A stretch of DNA of 64,000 nucleotides from an uncultured Bacteroidia bacterium. Lineage in GTDB: Bacteria; Bacteroidota; Bacteroidia; NS11-12g; UBA9320. Below are positions 62,366-64,000 of this stretch, in pieces (positions within the stretch are counted from its first letter, which is position 1; the number at the start of each line of letters is the position of its first letter). A program made the translations under genes and the position numbers. A model generated the notes under the pieces. It searched no databases and was not told where the DNA came from. It saw only the letters and a list, made by a program, of their open reading frames with translations. Location: assembly GCA_943787465.1 (NCBI GenBank), contig CALSMN010000003.1, forward strand, positions 65,093-129,092. The letters are read 5' to 3'.

Positions 62366-62503
62366 TAAAAAGGGGCTGAAGTGTGAACACTCCAACCCCT
62401 GATGTAATTAATTATTTGTTGTCAAATAATTAACGACTATGAAAATAAACAATCAATCTGAACCCTTACCGAACAGATCAATTGGCTATTCTCAAATAGC
62501 CAA
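62366..62503 (-). ncRNA. Candidate small regulatory RNA (four hairpins, U-tract terminator)
   Basis: Four consecutive stems in an intergenic gap, the last a GC-rich terminator with a T tract on the minus strand; family not recognised. Confidence 0.5.
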
Positions 62504-62540
62504 GGCAAAATGAAATGGCCTATATTTTCAATGAAGGATA

Positions 62541-62570
62541 TAAAAAAGGCTGCTTAAGCAGCCTTTTTTA
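62541..62570. terminator. Perfect 30-bp palindromic bidirectional terminator
   Basis: TAAAAAAGGCTGCTTAAGCAGCCTTTTTTA. Confidence 0.8.
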
Positions 62571-62596
62571 ACCCGTACTATACTCCGCTAGGGGAA

Positions 62597-62677
62597 TTAG
62601 TATTTTACAATACGAACATGCTTTTGTATACCATCTGTTTGAAGGGTAGCCATATAAACACCAGCGGGAAGATGGCT
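62597..62677 (-). pseudogene. Orphan T9SS type A C-terminal domain remnant
   Basis: SHLPAGVYMATLQTDGIQKHVRIVKY* matches the LxxGxY...xxK tail. The upstream part of the 60-aa ORF runs through the atpC terminator and is not protein-like. Confidence 0.6.
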
Positions 62678-62748
62678 ATAAATATGATATTGGTCATATT
62701 TGGATATGATTTTTATACATATTTTTAAAAAAATAGAACTTATAAATG

Positions 62749-62789
62749 CAAAAAGCCCTTGCCTATTTAAATTAGGCAAGGGCTTTTTG
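62749..62789 (-). terminator. Intrinsic terminator of atpD-atpC
   Basis: CAAAAAGCCCTTGCCTA-loop-TAGGCAAGGGCTTTTTG. Confidence 0.88.
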
Positions 62790-62809
62790 GTTATGAGTTG
62801 GAGCTTATA

Positions 62810-63039
62810 CTAAGCCAGAACAATCACTTTATTTTGGAGTACTTCTACAATACCCCCAGTTATATCAAATGTTTCTTCTCCTTGAGCAGTACGGACAATT
62901 ATTTGACCTTTTTCAAGACTAGAGAGGAGTGGGGCGTGATTGGCTAGAGCCTCAAAAGATCCTCCACTGCCAGGTAGTTTGACAGAAACAGCTTCGCCAC
63001 TGAAAAGAATCTTATCTGGTGTTATTACTTCAACTATCA

Positions 63040-63040
<1 letters not shown>
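62810..63040 (-). CDS. atpC: ATP synthase F1 epsilon subunit (short Bacteroidota type)
   Basis: ITPD, LPG..G.F..L.NHAP, GGIVEV; follows atpD. Confidence 0.93.

Positions 63041-64000
<960 letters not shown>

Noticed and set aside
62439-62513. 24-aa ORF MKINNQSEPLPNRSIGYSQIAKAK antisense to the sRNA candidate (type I toxin-antitoxin?)
   Set aside because: The peptide is hydrophilic with no TM helix, and it has no clear plus-strand promoter; probably a shadow of the RNA.

Overview
AT-rich chromosomal segment from a Bacteroidota bacterium, judged from TAnnTTTG -7 promoters, T9SS sorting domains, a separate atpD-atpC pair and a Bacteroidota-type SRP RNA. It is very compact and mostly housekeeping: bcp, ssb, gcvH, accD, galE, mnmE, dsbD, gmhA, trmB, PPIases/SurA, MoxR, ompH x2, murI, greA, ruvC, gltA, ffs, fsa, atpD/atpC. 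I saw no tRNA, rRNA, CRISPR array, transposase or integrase. Most notable points: (1) a terminator-closed three-gene operon encoding a TonB-dependent receptor, a large T9SS-secreted protein and a PorV-like barrel, with no SusD; (2) an unannotated four-hairpin sRNA candidate at about 62366-62503 (-); (3) a porin plus flavinylation-motif protein pair under a Fur-like box; (4) signs of gene decay: two orphan T9SS C-terminal remnants, a PKD/ECF-sigma chimera, a regulator that lost its 5' end, and frameshifts in a DUF3820 gene and dsbD; (5) a 10-bp-phased repeat array and structured leader upstream of ssb. All family assignments come from reading motifs by eye; no database searches were run.
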